Assembly (NCBI GenBank): GCA_964404235.1
Contig: CAYOJL010000002.1
Coordinates: forward strand, 1 to 58,060
Source: an uncultured bacterium
GTDB lineage: Bacteria > Fidelibacterota > Marinisomatia > Marinisomatales > UBA1611
Direction: 5' to 3'
DNA: 58,060 bases
Below are positions 57,694-58,060 of this stretch, piece after piece. Position numbers and translations under genes: made by a program. How positions within the stretch are numbered: the stretch's first letter is position 1; every line of letters begins with the position of its first letter. The notes below the pieces were generated by a model, which saw only the letters and a program-made list of their open reading frames with translations, was not told the DNA's origin and searched no databases.

Positions 57694-58060
57694 ATAGAGC
57701 GTTATGAGCGTTATATTATATTATTAATATATTTATAAATTTATTTAGTTAGCATTGTAACTTTATAAATAATATTAAAAATAAAAAAATGGCGAGAAGT
57801 TATTTTAGTATATATGAATGAATTAAATCTGTGTCATTTCCATTAAATCTTCTTTTACAGTCGCAGCTTTATTTCAAACATGATAATCTTTAGACTCTGT
57901 GTAAAATTGTAGCGATTAATAAGAATGATTCAACAATCGATATCGATACTATATTGGATAAAGATATATTATTTCATAAAGGCTCAAAAAGCAATGTTTC
58001 TTGGCAATTAGCAAAAGACGATGTAAGTCCACAAGAAATATTTAAATGTATGCGTGGTTC

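Noticed and set aside
57901-58060. Plus-strand open frame running to the right edge (…AINKNDSTIDIDTILDKDILFHKGSKSNVSWQLAKDDVSPQEIFKCMRG)
   Set aside because: A stop codon lies just upstream. There is no ATG/GTG start with RBS before the internal ATG near the end, and no recognisable motif. The evidence is too weak to call a CDS, though a gene may begin here.
1-58060. CRISPR arrays, rRNA genes, transposases/IS elements, prophage, known defence systems and biosynthetic gene clusters
   Set aside because: I looked for regularly spaced direct repeats, long non-coding structured regions and hallmark motifs (DDE/integrase, Cas, restriction/helicase/nuclease ATPases, PKS/NRPS). None were found. The largest non-coding gaps are about 400, 256 and 159 nt.

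Overview
AT-rich, very gene-dense bacterial chromosomal window. It holds 50 complete CDS plus one 14-codon gene start at the left edge, and 47 of these 51 are on the minus strand. Many junctions are ATGA or TAATG stop/start overlaps. There are two tRNAs: Val-TAC on the minus strand and Glu-TTC on the plus strand. I found no rRNA, CRISPR array, transposase, integrase or phage gene. The host looks like a diderm of the FCB-type lineage (Bacteroidota, Marinimicrobia, Ignavibacteria-like). Supporting this are three proteins ending in a YPNPFNP-type T9SS sorting domain, a CarboxypepD_reg TonB-dependent receptor, a fused E1 alpha/beta 2-oxoacid dehydrogenase and a mitochondrial-type citrate synthase. 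Layout by block: (i) 0-11 kb holds secreted or surface proteins: alpha/beta hydrolase, FG-GAP/ASPIC protein, MORN-variant lipoprotein, plant-type LRR protein, cupin, fatty-acid hydroxylase, and an uncharacterised acidic protein / FecR / large OMP trio. (ii) 11-23 kb is housekeeping: cspA, tRNA-Val, lon, and a nine-gene string queD-like/yhhQ/folE/lpdA/lipB/E1ab/E2/methyltransferase/lipA. (iii) 23-33 kb holds nth, a five-gene cassette of unknowns (lipoprotein, 325-aa protein, MBL hydrolase, DUF309, degenerate receiver) and an extracellular peptidase string (M14, S8, T9SS cargo). (iv) 33-45 kb is envelope-related: citrate synthase, DUF1015, LicC-like nucleotidyltransferase, GT9, two TagF-like phosphotransferases, MsbA-like ABC exporter, GNAT, then hemW, a GT2 plus ArnT-like pair and xth. 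(v) 45-58 kb holds grxD, tRNA-Glu and a seven-gene MarR / OMF / MFP / RND / SDR / TonB-receptor / lipoprotein string with a palindromic operator. No recognisable defence, toxin-antitoxin or secondary-metabolite system is present. The best candidates for undescribed biology are the FecR/OMP trio (6865-11025), the TagF-like/GT9/MsbA/DUF1015 envelope cluster (33939-41378), the five-gene unknown cassette (23578-26775), the export-plus-import MarR operon (46920-57653) and a COG0720 enzyme with Asp in place of the catalytic Cys. All family calls rest on motifs read by eye. No database search was possible.
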